Origin: Bacteroidetes bacterium UBA6161
GTDB lineage: Bacteria; Bacteroidota; Bacteroidia; NS11-12g; UBA955
Direction of reading: 5' to 3'
NCBI GenBank assembly: GCA_002422315.1
Contig: DIUJ01000072.1
Coordinates: 39,811 to 103,810 of the forward strand
Length of the DNA: 64,000 nt
The translations under genes and the position numbers were made by a program. The notes beneath the pieces were generated by a model. That model made no database searches and was not told the origin of the DNA. It saw only the letters and a list, made by a program, of their open reading frames with translations. This document shows, one piece after another, positions 29,635-39,026 of this stretch (the stretch's first letter is position 1; the number at the start of each line of letters is the position of its first letter).

Positions 29635-31830
29635 TTAAATACCTAATCCAGGGAAAATATCGGGAGAATCAGAAAAACCGGCGCATTCCCACATTGGTCT
29701 AGAAGAGTCGGGTGGTTCCAAAGGATTTAACTGAAATTCTAGTTCATTGTCTTTTAATACCTGTTGTATAAACAACGCGTATATGGGAAGAGCGGTATTG
29801 GCACCTTGCCCTAAATTTGTACTTCTAAATCTAACGGCTCTGCTATCGCAGCCTACCCAAGTAGCTGTTACCAAATCTTTTGCCACAGACATGAACCATC
29901 CATCAGAATTGCTTTGAGTAGTTCCGGTTTTACCTCCCACGGTACCCGCTACTTTGTATCTGTTTCTAAGCCTAGAACCGGTACCTCCATTAACACCACC
30001 TTCTAGCATTCTAAACATAGTGTAAGCTTGTTCCTCCGTTAAAACCTGATTGATTTTCTGAGGAGAGAACTCTGCCAAAATATTTCCATTTTTATCTTCA
30101 ATTCTAGTTAAATAAGTGGGCTCTATCCAATTGCCTTTATTTGAAAAAACACTAAAAGCACTAGCCATTTCTAAAACAGAAATATCGCAAACCCCCAAGC
30201 TAATAGAAGGAACAGCCTGAAGTTTGGAAGCATCTATGCCCATTCTTTTCACAAAATCCACTACATTTTGAGGACCAGCTTCACCTAAGGATTTTAGTAA
30301 CTGGGCGGTATATAAGTTGTCGGAGTTTTTTAATCCTTCAAACATGTTCATAAAGCCTCCAGAACTTCCATCTGAATTCCTTGGTGTCCAATCTTTTGAC
30401 CCATCAATATAGAAAGTAGTATATTCTCTAGGTAATTTCTCACAAGGGTTCTTACCTAAGTACAAAGCTGTGGAGTAAAAAAGAGGCTTAAAAGTAGAAC
30501 CTACTTGTCTTGTAGAGCTTTTATTTACGTGATCATACTGAAAAAACTTGTGTTCTATGCCCCCTACCCACATTTTTACTTGACCGGTTTGGGGATGCAC
30601 CCCAACAAATCCGGTTTGTAAAAACTGGGAATAATGCTTTACTGAATCCAAAGGAGACAATGTTGTATCGCGTTCCCCTTTCCATGTAAATATTGTCATC
30701 TTTACTGGAGTGGTCATTTCCTTCCAAATTTTTGCACTGTCGCCATTAAATTCTTTTTTTAGCAGTCTGTATCTTTCTGTTTTTTTAGCTTCTGTTATCG
30801 GGAAAGATACTATTTCTTTGTAATCTTGGCTCCTCCATGGATTTTTACCGGCCCAGCTTTTATAAAATTCTTCTTGAAGATTGGAAATATGCTGGGTAAC
30901 AGCTAGCTCTGCATACTTTTGCATTTTAGAATTTATAGTAGTATAAATTTTAAGGCCATCTTTATACAAATTGTATCCCTTTTCTTTAGCCCATACGGTT
31001 AACTCTTTTTTCAAATATTCTCTAAAATAAGGAGCCAATCCTTCGTTATGGGTATCTGCAACATAGTCTAAAACTATGTCTAATTGTTTTAAACTATCAA
31101 ATTCTTGAGTGCTAATATACTTGTATTTTTTCATCTGACCCAAAACAATATTTCTCCTGTTTTTAGAGTTTTCGGGATTTAGTTTAGGATTAAATCTAGA
31201 GATGGCTTGTAATAATCCAACCAAAACAGCAGACTCTTCTCTTTTTAGTTCTAGAGGAGGTTTGTTAAAAAACTCATAGGATGCAGATTTAATACCAAAA
31301 GAGTGCCCAGAGAACTGAACGGTATTTAGATACATCGTAATTATTTCGTCTTTGGTGTATGCTTTTTCTAGTTGAACAGCTATAACCCATTCTTTAAGTT
31401 TTTGAAAAATCCTAGTTATTTTACTGCTATAGTCTGCTTCATGAAAAAGGTTTTTTGCCAATTGTTGTGTAATAGTACTTGCACCGCCAGAAGAACCAGC
31501 TCCCATAACAGCGCGTGCCAAACTTCTAAAATCTATGCCCGCATGTTCTTTAAATCTTACATCCTCTGTAGCTATAAGCGCTTCAAAAACATGGGGGCTT
31601 ATTTGTGCATGAGCAATATTAGATCTGTTTTTTAAGTAATACTTTCCAAGTAATACTCCATCTTCAGAATAAATTTCAGACGCTACTTCGCTTTTAGGAT
31701 TTTCTAATTCTGCGATATCTGGCATATAACCAAGCATTCCCAAGCTAACTCCCCACATAAAAAAAATGGTTAATACTATACCTGAGAAAAAAGAAATCCA
31801 TATTATTTTAATCGCTTTCTTTTGCATCAT
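29635..31830 (-). CDS. class A penicillin-binding protein (PBP1A-type transglycosylase/transpeptidase)
   Basis: GT51 motifs EDVRFKEHAGID and GASTITQQ. Transpeptidase motifs STFK, SDN and KTGTT. Confidence 0.93.
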   Translation of the reverse strand: MMQKKAIKIIWISFFSGIVLTIFFMWGVSLGMLGYMPDIAELENPKSEVASEIYSEDGVLLGKYYLKNRSNIAHAQISPHVFEALIATEDVRFKEHAGIDFRSLARAVMGAGSSGGASTITQQLAKNLFHEADYSSKITRIFQKLKEWVIAVQLEKAYTKDEIITMYLNTVQFSGHSFGIKSASYEFFNKPPLELKREESAVLVGLLQAISRFNPKLNPENSKNRRNIVLGQMKKYKYISTQEFDSLKQLDIVLDYVADTHNEGLAPYFREYLKKELTVWAKEKGYNLYKDGLKIYTTINSKMQKYAELAVTQHISNLQEEFYKSWAGKNPWRSQDYKEIVSFPITEAKKTERYRLLKKEFNGDSAKIWKEMTTPVKMTIFTWKGERDTTLSPLDSVKHYSQFLQTGFVGVHPQTGQVKMWVGGIEHKFFQYDHVNKSSTRQVGSTFKPLFYSTALYLGKNPCEKLPREYTTFYIDGSKDWTPRNSDGSSGGFMNMFEGLKNSDNLYTAQLLKSLGEAGPQNVVDFVKRMGIDASKLQAVPSISLGVCDISVLEMASAFSVFSNKGNWIEPTYLTRIEDKNGNILAEFSPQKINQVLTEEQAYTMFRMLEGGVNGGTGSRLRNRYKVAGTVGGKTGTTQSNSDGWFMSVAKDLVTATWVGCDSRAVRFRSTNLGQGANTALPIYALFIQQVLKDNELEFQLNPLEPPDSSRPMWECAGFSDSPDIFPGLGI

Positions 31831-31848
31831 AATTAGTTAAATTTGGTT

Positions 31849-34458
31849 TCAAAGGTAATTCTTTAAGTAAAACCTCAAGTAGTCTTCCCATTTTTTTTCT
31901 TTCATTAAGATGGTAAAGTTAGATTTTGATATACAAATAAATTTATTTTTGTCTGCTTCAAGTTTAATCGCAGAAAGCAACTGTTGGTTTAACTGTGCTT
32001 CTTTAAGGTATTCTGTAGCTTCTTTTGCATTTTGAAAACCCGATACCATTACAATTCGCTGTCCAGATTGTAAAAATGACCCGGTTACTTGAAGTCCCAT
32101 ATCGGGCCTGTATACTCTATTAAAATCAGAAAAAGCAATTTTTACCAAGTTAAAATCCATTTGTTTTTCTATTTGTAGTATAAAATGATGGATTTCTTTT
32201 TCGTCTTTTGCGATGTACAAGCTTTTGTTTCCAGAGGTAAGAGATTCTTGTGCCTCTTTATCAGGATTTATAAAACGCTGGTAAGCATTCACTCTTTCTT
32301 GCGCAAGATTGCCTAAATCTGTACCTTCATAGTTTGCGGCTAACTTTTGCATCATTGCATTGTAGATTTCTAGTTTTCCAGAGTCGGCCAATACCAGCGC
32401 ATAGAGAAAATCGAATTGCCCATCTAGTTCATTGCCGGGGTAATCACTTTTTGATTGTCTTACCAATGCCACTACTTCATTTGGATTCTTATTTTTGTAT
32501 GCGTTGTATGTCTTTTCGTACAATAAATTAATAGCCAAATCCAAACTTTTAAGTCCTCCATCTTCTGCAAGTTTAACATTACCCTCTAAAATCGGGATGA
32601 ATTTACTTTCGGGGTAAGTTAATTTTAGTTTGGTTAGATATTCTTCTGCTTGGATATTTTGACCTAAATCTCTGTAAATTTTCACTAGTAAATAAAAAGC
32701 ATTTTCTCTATACCCATTGCCATTATTTCTTCTTATAAATTCTAGAAGTAATTCCAGACTTTTTTGGGTTTCGCTTAATTTATCTCTATACAAAAGAGAA
32801 GCATTAAAATAGCTCTCAGATAAAGAATTCTGAGCGTCCTGTTTCGCTAATTTAGAAAATGGTACATTGGCAAAATACTTTGCATCTTGTTCTAGAATAT
32901 CTTTGGGTAGTTCATTTACTAAAGTAGGTTCCTCACTTTCAGAATCCTCTTCCTCGATTTTCTTTTGTTGATCTTGTTTTTCTTCTGTCTGAGCAATAGC
33001 TGCTATTCTCCAAAAATCTCCATTTTCTCTTTTCCCCCAATTCCTTTCAAAATCTCCTTGCCCTTTGGTTTTATTCATAGAATTGTAAAATGGAAATCTA
33101 GAATCTGCCGTATTGGGCATTGTATTTTGTGTAAAATCTTGGAATGCAGGTGGAGTAGAAAACGGATCATTCTTCCGACTATCCTCTTCTTCTTTTTTCC
33201 TTAATTCTTCTGCTTTTATATTGTCCAAAACCTTCTTTCTAAAGTCTACATTTTCAGCAAGTTTCAACATACTGTCCTGGTAATGAATATTTACCAAATC
33301 TTTTATTAAGGAAGTTAGTACTTGATGTCGTTGGCTAATATTTTCGTATTGAGGATGTGAAGAACTTAGCGATTGAACTGCGGAATCGTAATATAACTGA
33401 GAGCTTCTATAATTATTTTGTTCAAAAAGTAGTTCTGCATATGTTAAGTAAATCTTTGATTTTAGATCTTTTGTTTTTCCTGGAGTTTTTAGAGCATTAC
33501 CAAAATTATTGCTTGCCGCTAGCTTATCTCCTTCCTTTAGATTTATCATTGCCAATTCAAAATATATTTGGTCTTTAAGATCCAAATTCTTATCATCTTT
33601 CAGCATTTTCTGTAAAACTGATTTGGCCTTTTTGTAATTTTTAATTTCTGGAGCCGACAAAACCCTTACTTTGTTTATTCTTGCAAAAAAATCAAAATCA
33701 TAGGTAGGATTCGATTTGGAAACTTTATCAAAATGCACCACTGCTTCTGCAAGCCTATTGGTAAGCAAGCACAACTGACCTGCTACAAAATAAACTCTAT
33801 ACTTATAGTCTAATTTATTTAGATTGGGTAATGCCTTTTTTAAGCTAATATAAGCCAACTCATATTTTTGCTGAAATATTAAGCCTTCTGCTTGAAGTAA
33901 ATACAAATCTTTTTGGAATTTCTCAGGCAAAGAGGGGTCATTTAAAATAATTGAAGACAAAGCTACAGACTCATCATATTTCCCTAGCATTTGAAGTGCT
34001 TTAATATTCCATATTTCTGCTTCAAACCGAATAGGTTTGTTTTTGAATGTTGCTGTAACGTAATCAAAAGCATCTTGCGCAGAATAAAAATCGCCTTTAA
34101 AGAAATTTGCTCTTCCTAACAACAGATAACTATCGTCTATCCACTTACTCGTTTGTCGTCTTGTAAGAATATGTGTGCATTTTTTTATTGCCTCATCCAT
34201 CACTGGAACATTGGCTTTTAACTCATCTTGTGTAGAGAAGGGAAACAAGTGTATGATTTCATCAAAATTATTTTTATGGGCCAGAGCTGTATTTTTCTGA
34301 GCTGTATTTACCCTTAGTTGTGCATTATAAAAATAATTGTAACGAGCCACGGTATTTATGTATGCTCTTTTAATAAAACCCTTCTTACTTTGGGCATTTG
34401 CAGTTTGCAATACCAAGAAAAAAATAGTGGTTAAAAGAGCGATTTTAAAAAATCTCAT
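31849..34458 (-). CDS. TPR protein, probable T9SS component SprE/PorW-like
   Basis: 869 aa. N-terminal FIKRAYINTVARYNYFYNAQ resembles the SprE/PorW start. TPR repeats run throughout and there is an acidic/Lys-rich middle linker. The leader has no lipobox Cys. Confidence 0.5.
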   Translation of the reverse strand: MRFFKIALLTTIFFLVLQTANAQSKKGFIKRAYINTVARYNYFYNAQLRVNTAQKNTALAHKNNFDEIIHLFPFSTQDELKANVPVMDEAIKKCTHILTRRQTSKWIDDSYLLLGRANFFKGDFYSAQDAFDYVTATFKNKPIRFEAEIWNIKALQMLGKYDESVALSSIILNDPSLPEKFQKDLYLLQAEGLIFQQKYELAYISLKKALPNLNKLDYKYRVYFVAGQLCLLTNRLAEAVVHFDKVSKSNPTYDFDFFARINKVRVLSAPEIKNYKKAKSVLQKMLKDDKNLDLKDQIYFELAMINLKEGDKLAASNNFGNALKTPGKTKDLKSKIYLTYAELLFEQNNYRSSQLYYDSAVQSLSSSHPQYENISQRHQVLTSLIKDLVNIHYQDSMLKLAENVDFRKKVLDNIKAEELRKKEEEDSRKNDPFSTPPAFQDFTQNTMPNTADSRFPFYNSMNKTKGQGDFERNWGKRENGDFWRIAAIAQTEEKQDQQKKIEEEDSESEEPTLVNELPKDILEQDAKYFANVPFSKLAKQDAQNSLSESYFNASLLYRDKLSETQKSLELLLEFIRRNNGNGYRENAFYLLVKIYRDLGQNIQAEEYLTKLKLTYPESKFIPILEGNVKLAEDGGLKSLDLAINLLYEKTYNAYKNKNPNEVVALVRQSKSDYPGNELDGQFDFLYALVLADSGKLEIYNAMMQKLAANYEGTDLGNLAQERVNAYQRFINPDKEAQESLTSGNKSLYIAKDEKEIHHFILQIEKQMDFNLVKIAFSDFNRVYRPDMGLQVTGSFLQSGQRIVMVSGFQNAKEATEYLKEAQLNQQLLSAIKLEADKNKFICISKSNFTILMKEKKWEDYLRFYLKNYL

Positions 34459-34487
34459 TTAGTTTATGTTAGGTTTCGGTTTTTTAA

Positions 34488-34495
34488 TAACTTTG
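34488..34495 (+). promoter_or_regulatory. Bacteroidota -7 promoter element
   Basis: TAACTTTG lies 39 nt upstream of the ATG at 34534. Confidence 0.35.
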
Positions 34496-34533
34496 AAAAG
34501 GCAAAAATATTTTACTTTGACGACATTTTAAGT

Positions 34534-35397
34534 ATGGAGAGAAAGAAAAAACATCCCAGTTGGATAAAAAAGTTGAAAAGCCGCTACAGGCTTATGATTA
34601 TTAACGATACAAATTTTCAAGAGAAAGCAACCATTAAGCTTACTCCTCTGAATTTAATCATGTTATTTAGTGTTGGCTTAATTGTATTTTTTATTTTTAG
34701 TTATTTATTAATTTACGCGGTACCCGGTTTAAGAAGCTATATGCCAGGGCACGAACCCAATAGCGAAAGAAAATTCAAAAATGAAATTGTCAAGAAAATC
34801 AACAACTATGAGAAAAAAATACAAGCTCTTCAAAACAAAGAAACAATTTTAGGAATGCTACTAAAAGGGGAAGAAATGAGCAAAGATGAAATTGCTTTTC
34901 TACAAGAGAAAATTGATTTAAGTAAAGAGAAAAGCCAAACCCAGCCAACAACAGAACAAACAGTAGCCCAAGTAGAAAACAATGAAACAAATTATAGTTT
35001 TGCCTTAGGCGCAGGAGAATTCACTAGTTTTCATGGCTTATTTTATTGCCCTTTGAAAGGTCAAACTTCTGCCATAGAAATAGGAAGTAGTTATAAAGCG
35101 ATTAAAATAAACCCTAGTAAAGACGAAACTGTGAGTGCAATGTACGAAGGTAGAATTCTCTTTGCTGGTTGGACACCTCAGTATTCCAATGTAATCATTA
35201 TACAACATCCAAACAATTGGGTTAGTGTTTATAAAAACTGCTCTTTTGTATACATTAAATCTGGAAGTAGGGTAAAAGCTGGGGAGACTATTGCTGCTTT
35301 AGCAAAAACAAATACCAACCAAGAAAATAGTTTAACTTTTGAACTTTGGCACAATGAAACAATGCTAGACCCCTCGCTTTTTATTCACTTTAATTAA
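34534..35397 (+). CDS. membrane-anchored coiled-coil protein with degenerate LytM (M23-like) domain
   Basis: TM (LIMLFSVGLIVFFIFSYLLIYAV), a coiled coil, and a C-terminal M23 fold. HxxxD reads YKAIK and HLH reads LTF, so all metal ligands appear substituted. Confidence 0.75.
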   Translation: MERKKKHPSWIKKLKSRYRLMIINDTNFQEKATIKLTPLNLIMLFSVGLIVFFIFSYLLIYAVPGLRSYMPGHEPNSERKFKNEIVKKINNYEKKIQALQNKETILGMLLKGEEMSKDEIAFLQEKIDLSKEKSQTQPTTEQTVAQVENNETNYSFALGAGEFTSFHGLFYCPLKGQTSAIEIGSSYKAIKINPSKDETVSAMYEGRILFAGWTPQYSNVIIIQHPNNWVSVYKNCSFVYIKSGSRVKAGETIAALAKTNTNQENSLTFELWHNETMLDPSLFIHFN

Positions 35398-35462
35398 AAA
35401 CATCTTTTAAAATTATTTTATTAGATTCTAATTTGGCATCTTTGCATTTTAAAACTAAAAAA

Positions 35463-35873
35463 ATGAGTATTATCCAACCCAATAAAAAAAACGATAGTAT
35501 TGGAAACATTAATTTCATAGGCCAAGGAGCAACTTTTACAGGCGATTTTACTTGCGACAAAGACTTAAGACTCGATGGCATTATAGAAGGTAATTTAACC
35601 GTAAATGCCAAATTGGTAATAGGAACAAATGGCAGAGTTAAAGGAACTATTTTTGCATTACAAGCTGATATTTCAGGCTCTGTTACTGGGAACATAGAAA
35701 TAAAAGACTCTCTAACACTAAGAAGTAGTGCAGCAGTTCAAGGCGATATAAGCACTCAAAAAATTATTATAGAAAGTGGATCTACTTTTAATGGCAAATG
35801 CCAAATGGGTGGTCTGAAATCAGACAGCATTAAATCAAGTAGCGAAGCTATATCAGTTTCACAAAACAAATAA
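35463..35873 (+). CDS. bactofilin family polymer-forming protein
   Basis: Beta-helical repeats (GATFTGDFTCDKDLRLDGIIEGNLTVNAKLVIGTNGRVKGTI...GSVTGNIEIKDSLTLRSSAAVQGDI). Start chosen at MSIIQP. Confidence 0.85.
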   Translation: MSIIQPNKKNDSIGNINFIGQGATFTGDFTCDKDLRLDGIIEGNLTVNAKLVIGTNGRVKGTIFALQADISGSVTGNIEIKDSLTLRSSAAVQGDISTQKIIIESGSTFNGKCQMGGLKSDSIKSSSEAISVSQNK

Positions 35874-35875
35874 AA

Positions 35876-36067
35876 TTGAAAAAAGGATTTAACAATTATG
35901 CCAAGTATTCTGGGATTGCAATACAAATGATAGCAACAATTCTTTTGTTTACCTGGCTTGGCAAATGGTTAGATACCTTTCTTACAATAAAATTCCCCTT
36001 ATTTCTACTGCTTGGAATTCTGCTTGGAATCGCATTAAGTTTATATCTCGTTTTTAAAAAAATCTAA
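35876..36067 (+). CDS. AtpZ/AtpI family protein
   Basis: YAKYSGIAIQMIATILLFTWLGKWLD matches the AtpZ signature. TTG start 2 nt after the bactofilin stop. Confidence 0.65.
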   Translation: MKKGFNNYAKYSGIAIQMIATILLFTWLGKWLDTFLTIKFPLFLLLGILLGIALSLYLVFKKI

Positions 36068-36069
36068 AC

Positions 36070-36471
36070 ATGAACATACTAAGAAAATTTGAAATAAAAC
36101 TCTTGTTACTTTTATTTCTACTTATAACCGTAAGTTTTGGTGTTACTAATTATACTCAAAAAATAAGTTTTAACTCCTTGTTATTCGCCAATTTATTCCT
36201 AGCTGCACTTACATTTATTTTATTTAAATTAGGTAAATTAGGTATTCAAGCCAAACAACATGGCACATTTATAAAGGTTGTTATGGGCAGCACTTTTATT
36301 CGTTTGTTATTTTCTGGAGGATATCTTTTTATATATTTATTAGTCAATAACATAGACGTTAAATACTTCGTTATTTCATATATTCTTCTTTATTTTCTTT
36401 ACATGTCTTTTGAAATTATACATTTACTTAGTAATTTGCGCCCCGATTCAGAACAAACCAAAAATGTCTAA
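36070..36471 (+). CDS. small 4-TM membrane protein in the atp operon leader
   Basis: 133-aa hydrophobic ORF between atpZ and atpB. Family not recognised. Confidence 0.5.
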   Translation: MNILRKFEIKLLLLLFLLITVSFGVTNYTQKISFNSLLFANLFLAALTFILFKLGKLGIQAKQHGTFIKVVMGSTFIRLLFSGGYLFIYLLVNNIDVKYFVISYILLYFLYMSFEIIHLLSNLRPDSEQTKNV

Positions 36472-37594
36472 AATGCCCATAAATAAAGGACTTATGAATT
36501 TACAAGTGATAAAAAATTACCTAGTGTTGGTTGTTTTTGCTCTTTTTTCTTCTCTTCAAATGCCAATTTTCGCATCCAATCATGCCGAAAACAACGCAAA
36601 TCATGAAGCTGAACATGAAACTAAAGAAAAATTCAAGCCAGGTAAAATGATTATGGAGCATATCAAAAATAGTTATGATTGGCACATCATGGACATTAAC
36701 CATCATCCTATTTCTATACCGCTTCCAATAATTACTTACCATTCACAGGATGGAATGGTAGCCTTTCTTAGTTCAAAACTTGAACACGGGCATGCTGACT
36801 ATAAAGGATATAAGCTAGTATATAACGACAGTGAATCAAGATACAGGCTAGTTCGTGTAGATGGAACTACATTTACAGACCTTTCCATGACTAAAAATGC
36901 ATTTGCATTAATATTTGCTTCCATACTGCTTCTTGTAATTATGCTTTCTGTTGCTAAAGGGTATACCAAAAGAAAAGGCAAAGCTCCAAAAGGGATTCAG
37001 TCTTTTATGGAACCTTTAATCTTATTTATAAGAGATGAAGTAGCAAAACCATCTATTGGAAAAAGCTATGAAAAATTCTTGCCCTTTTTACTTACTATTT
37101 TCTTTTTTATATTTATCAATAACTTACTTGGCTTAGTTCCTTTGTTTCCAGGAGGTGCAAACGTTACAGGAAACATAGCAGTAACTTTAGTGCTTGCAGT
37201 ATTTACATTTTTGATTACTACATTCTCAGGTAAAAAAGATTATTGGAAGCACATTTTCTTGCCCGATGTTCCGGTATGGATGTATATACTTATGATTCCA
37301 ATAGAAATTTTAGGTATGATACTAAAACCATTTGTACTTATGCTGCGTTTGTTTGCGAATATCACAGCAGGCCACATCATTATATTAGGATTCTTTAGCT
37401 TAATTTTCATATTTGGAGAGATGAGCCAAGGAGTAGGTATGGGAGTAGGAGTATTTTCCGTAGTATTTACAGTATTTATGAGTGTACTTGAACTTCTTGT
37501 TGCATTTTTACAAGCCTATGTTTTTACACTACTATCAGCCTTATACTTTGGGATGGCAGTAGAAGAGCACCACCATGCAGAAGAACATCATTAA
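36464..37594 (+). CDS. atpB: F0F1 ATP synthase subunit a
   Basis: RLFANITAGH motif with the essential Arg, and a 5-6 TM core. Long N-terminal extension. Start uncertain (36464, 36473 or 36494; the listed 36410 is unlikely). Confidence 0.92.
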   Translation: MSKMPINKGLMNLQVIKNYLVLVVFALFSSLQMPIFASNHAENNANHEAEHETKEKFKPGKMIMEHIKNSYDWHIMDINHHPISIPLPIITYHSQDGMVAFLSSKLEHGHADYKGYKLVYNDSESRYRLVRVDGTTFTDLSMTKNAFALIFASILLLVIMLSVAKGYTKRKGKAPKGIQSFMEPLILFIRDEVAKPSIGKSYEKFLPFLLTIFFFIFINNLLGLVPLFPGGANVTGNIAVTLVLAVFTFLITTFSGKKDYWKHIFLPDVPVWMYILMIPIEILGMILKPFVLMLRLFANITAGHIIILGFFSLIFIFGEMSQGVGMGVGVFSVVFTVFMSVLELLVAFLQAYVFTLLSALYFGMAVEEHHHAEEHH

Positions 37595-37612
37595 ACAATA
37601 AACCAATTTTAA

Positions 37613-37891
<279 letters not shown>

Positions 37892-37904
37892 GAAAAAACG
37901 GCTT

Positions 37905-37934
37905 GCCGGTCGCCTTTAAGACCGGCATTTTTTT
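37905..37934 (+). terminator. intra-operon hairpin + T-run after atpE (attenuator/partial terminator)
   Basis: 7-bp GC-rich stem gccggtc/gaccggc with 8-nt loop, then aTTTTTTT. Confidence 0.6.
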
Positions 37935-37964
37935 AAAATTAAACAACATTAAACAAGAAATATT

Positions 37965-38477
37965 ATGGATTTGGTAACCCCGGAATTCAGTTTGGTAATA
38001 TGGATGCTAATATCCTTTAGCATATTAGTTTTTATTCTAGGTAAATTTGCTTGGAAACCAATACTAAACGCTCTTAAAGAAAGAGAAAACTCTATTGAAT
38101 CCGCTTTACAAAGCGCAGAAGAAGCAAAAGCAGAAATGTCAAAATTAAAATCGGACAATGAATCTTTGATTCAAGAGGCTAGATTAGAAAGAGACAACAT
38201 GCTAAAAGAAGCTAGAGCAATGAAAGACAACATTATTGCAGAAGCTAAAAAAGCTGCGGAAGAAGAAAGTGCAAAAATGATTCAAAGAGCAAATGAAGAA
38301 ATAAATAAAAGTAAAATGGCTGCTATTGGTGAACTTAAAAGTCAGGTAGCAGGTATAGCAATAGATATTTCTGAAAAACTATTAAATAAAGAACTTAAAA
38401 GTTCTGAAGAACAAGAAAGACTTATTCAACAACACATTCAAGATTTTGAATCCAAGCAGTCTGCTAGTCTAAATTAA
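37965..38477 (+). CDS. atpF: F0F1 ATP synthase subunit b
   Basis: Single N-terminal TM then a long charged helix. Position in the operon fits. Confidence 0.9.
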   Translation: MDLVTPEFSLVIWMLISFSILVFILGKFAWKPILNALKERENSIESALQSAEEAKAEMSKLKSDNESLIQEARLERDNMLKEARAMKDNIIAEAKKAAEEESAKMIQRANEEINKSKMAAIGELKSQVAGIAIDISEKLLNKELKSSEEQERLIQQHIQDFESKQSASLN

Positions 38478-38483
38478 ATAGTC

Positions 38484-39023
38484 ATGTCTAATATTAAAAT
38501 AGCAAAAAGATACGCTCAAGCTTTGTTTGAAAATGCCCTTTCTAACAAACAAGTGGAAGAGGTGAAATCTGCTTTAGAATCTATTAAGCAAACTATCATC
38601 GAGAATCCAGAATTGAGCCTACTACTAAAAAACCAAGTAGTAGATTCGGAATCAAAAGCAAAAGCCTTCCTTCAAATTTTTAAAGGTTCACATTCTAGTG
38701 TAGAATCCTTGATACAAATACTATGCAACAAAAGGAGAGAATATTGTTTAGAAGAAGTAATTAGTAGTTTTGTAACTCTTTACAACCAACATCATTCAAA
38801 AATATTTGTTGAAGTAAAAAGCGCAATGCCTTTAAATGAGAATAGTATTGCTGCTATTAAAAATATAGTTACAGAAAAAACAGGTGCAAAAATCATAGAA
38901 ATTTCTAACCCAATAGTTAAAGACTTGATGGGAGGAATGGTAGTAAGATTTGGCGACAACTTGATTGACACAAGTATAAAAAGTAAAATTAACAACATTA
39001 AAAAAGAATTTAAAATAGCATAA
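38484..39023 (+). CDS. atpH: F0F1 ATP synthase subunit delta
   Basis: OSCP-type start (IAKRYAQALFE), C-terminal GGMVVRFGDNLIDTSIK, and operon position. Confidence 0.9.
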   Translation: MSNIKIAKRYAQALFENALSNKQVEEVKSALESIKQTIIENPELSLLLKNQVVDSESKAKAFLQIFKGSHSSVESLIQILCNKRREYCLEEVISSFVTLYNQHHSKIFVEVKSAMPLNENSIAAIKNIVTEKTGAKIIEISNPIVKDLMGGMVVRFGDNLIDTSIKSKINNIKKEFKIA

Positions 39024-39026
39024 GTT

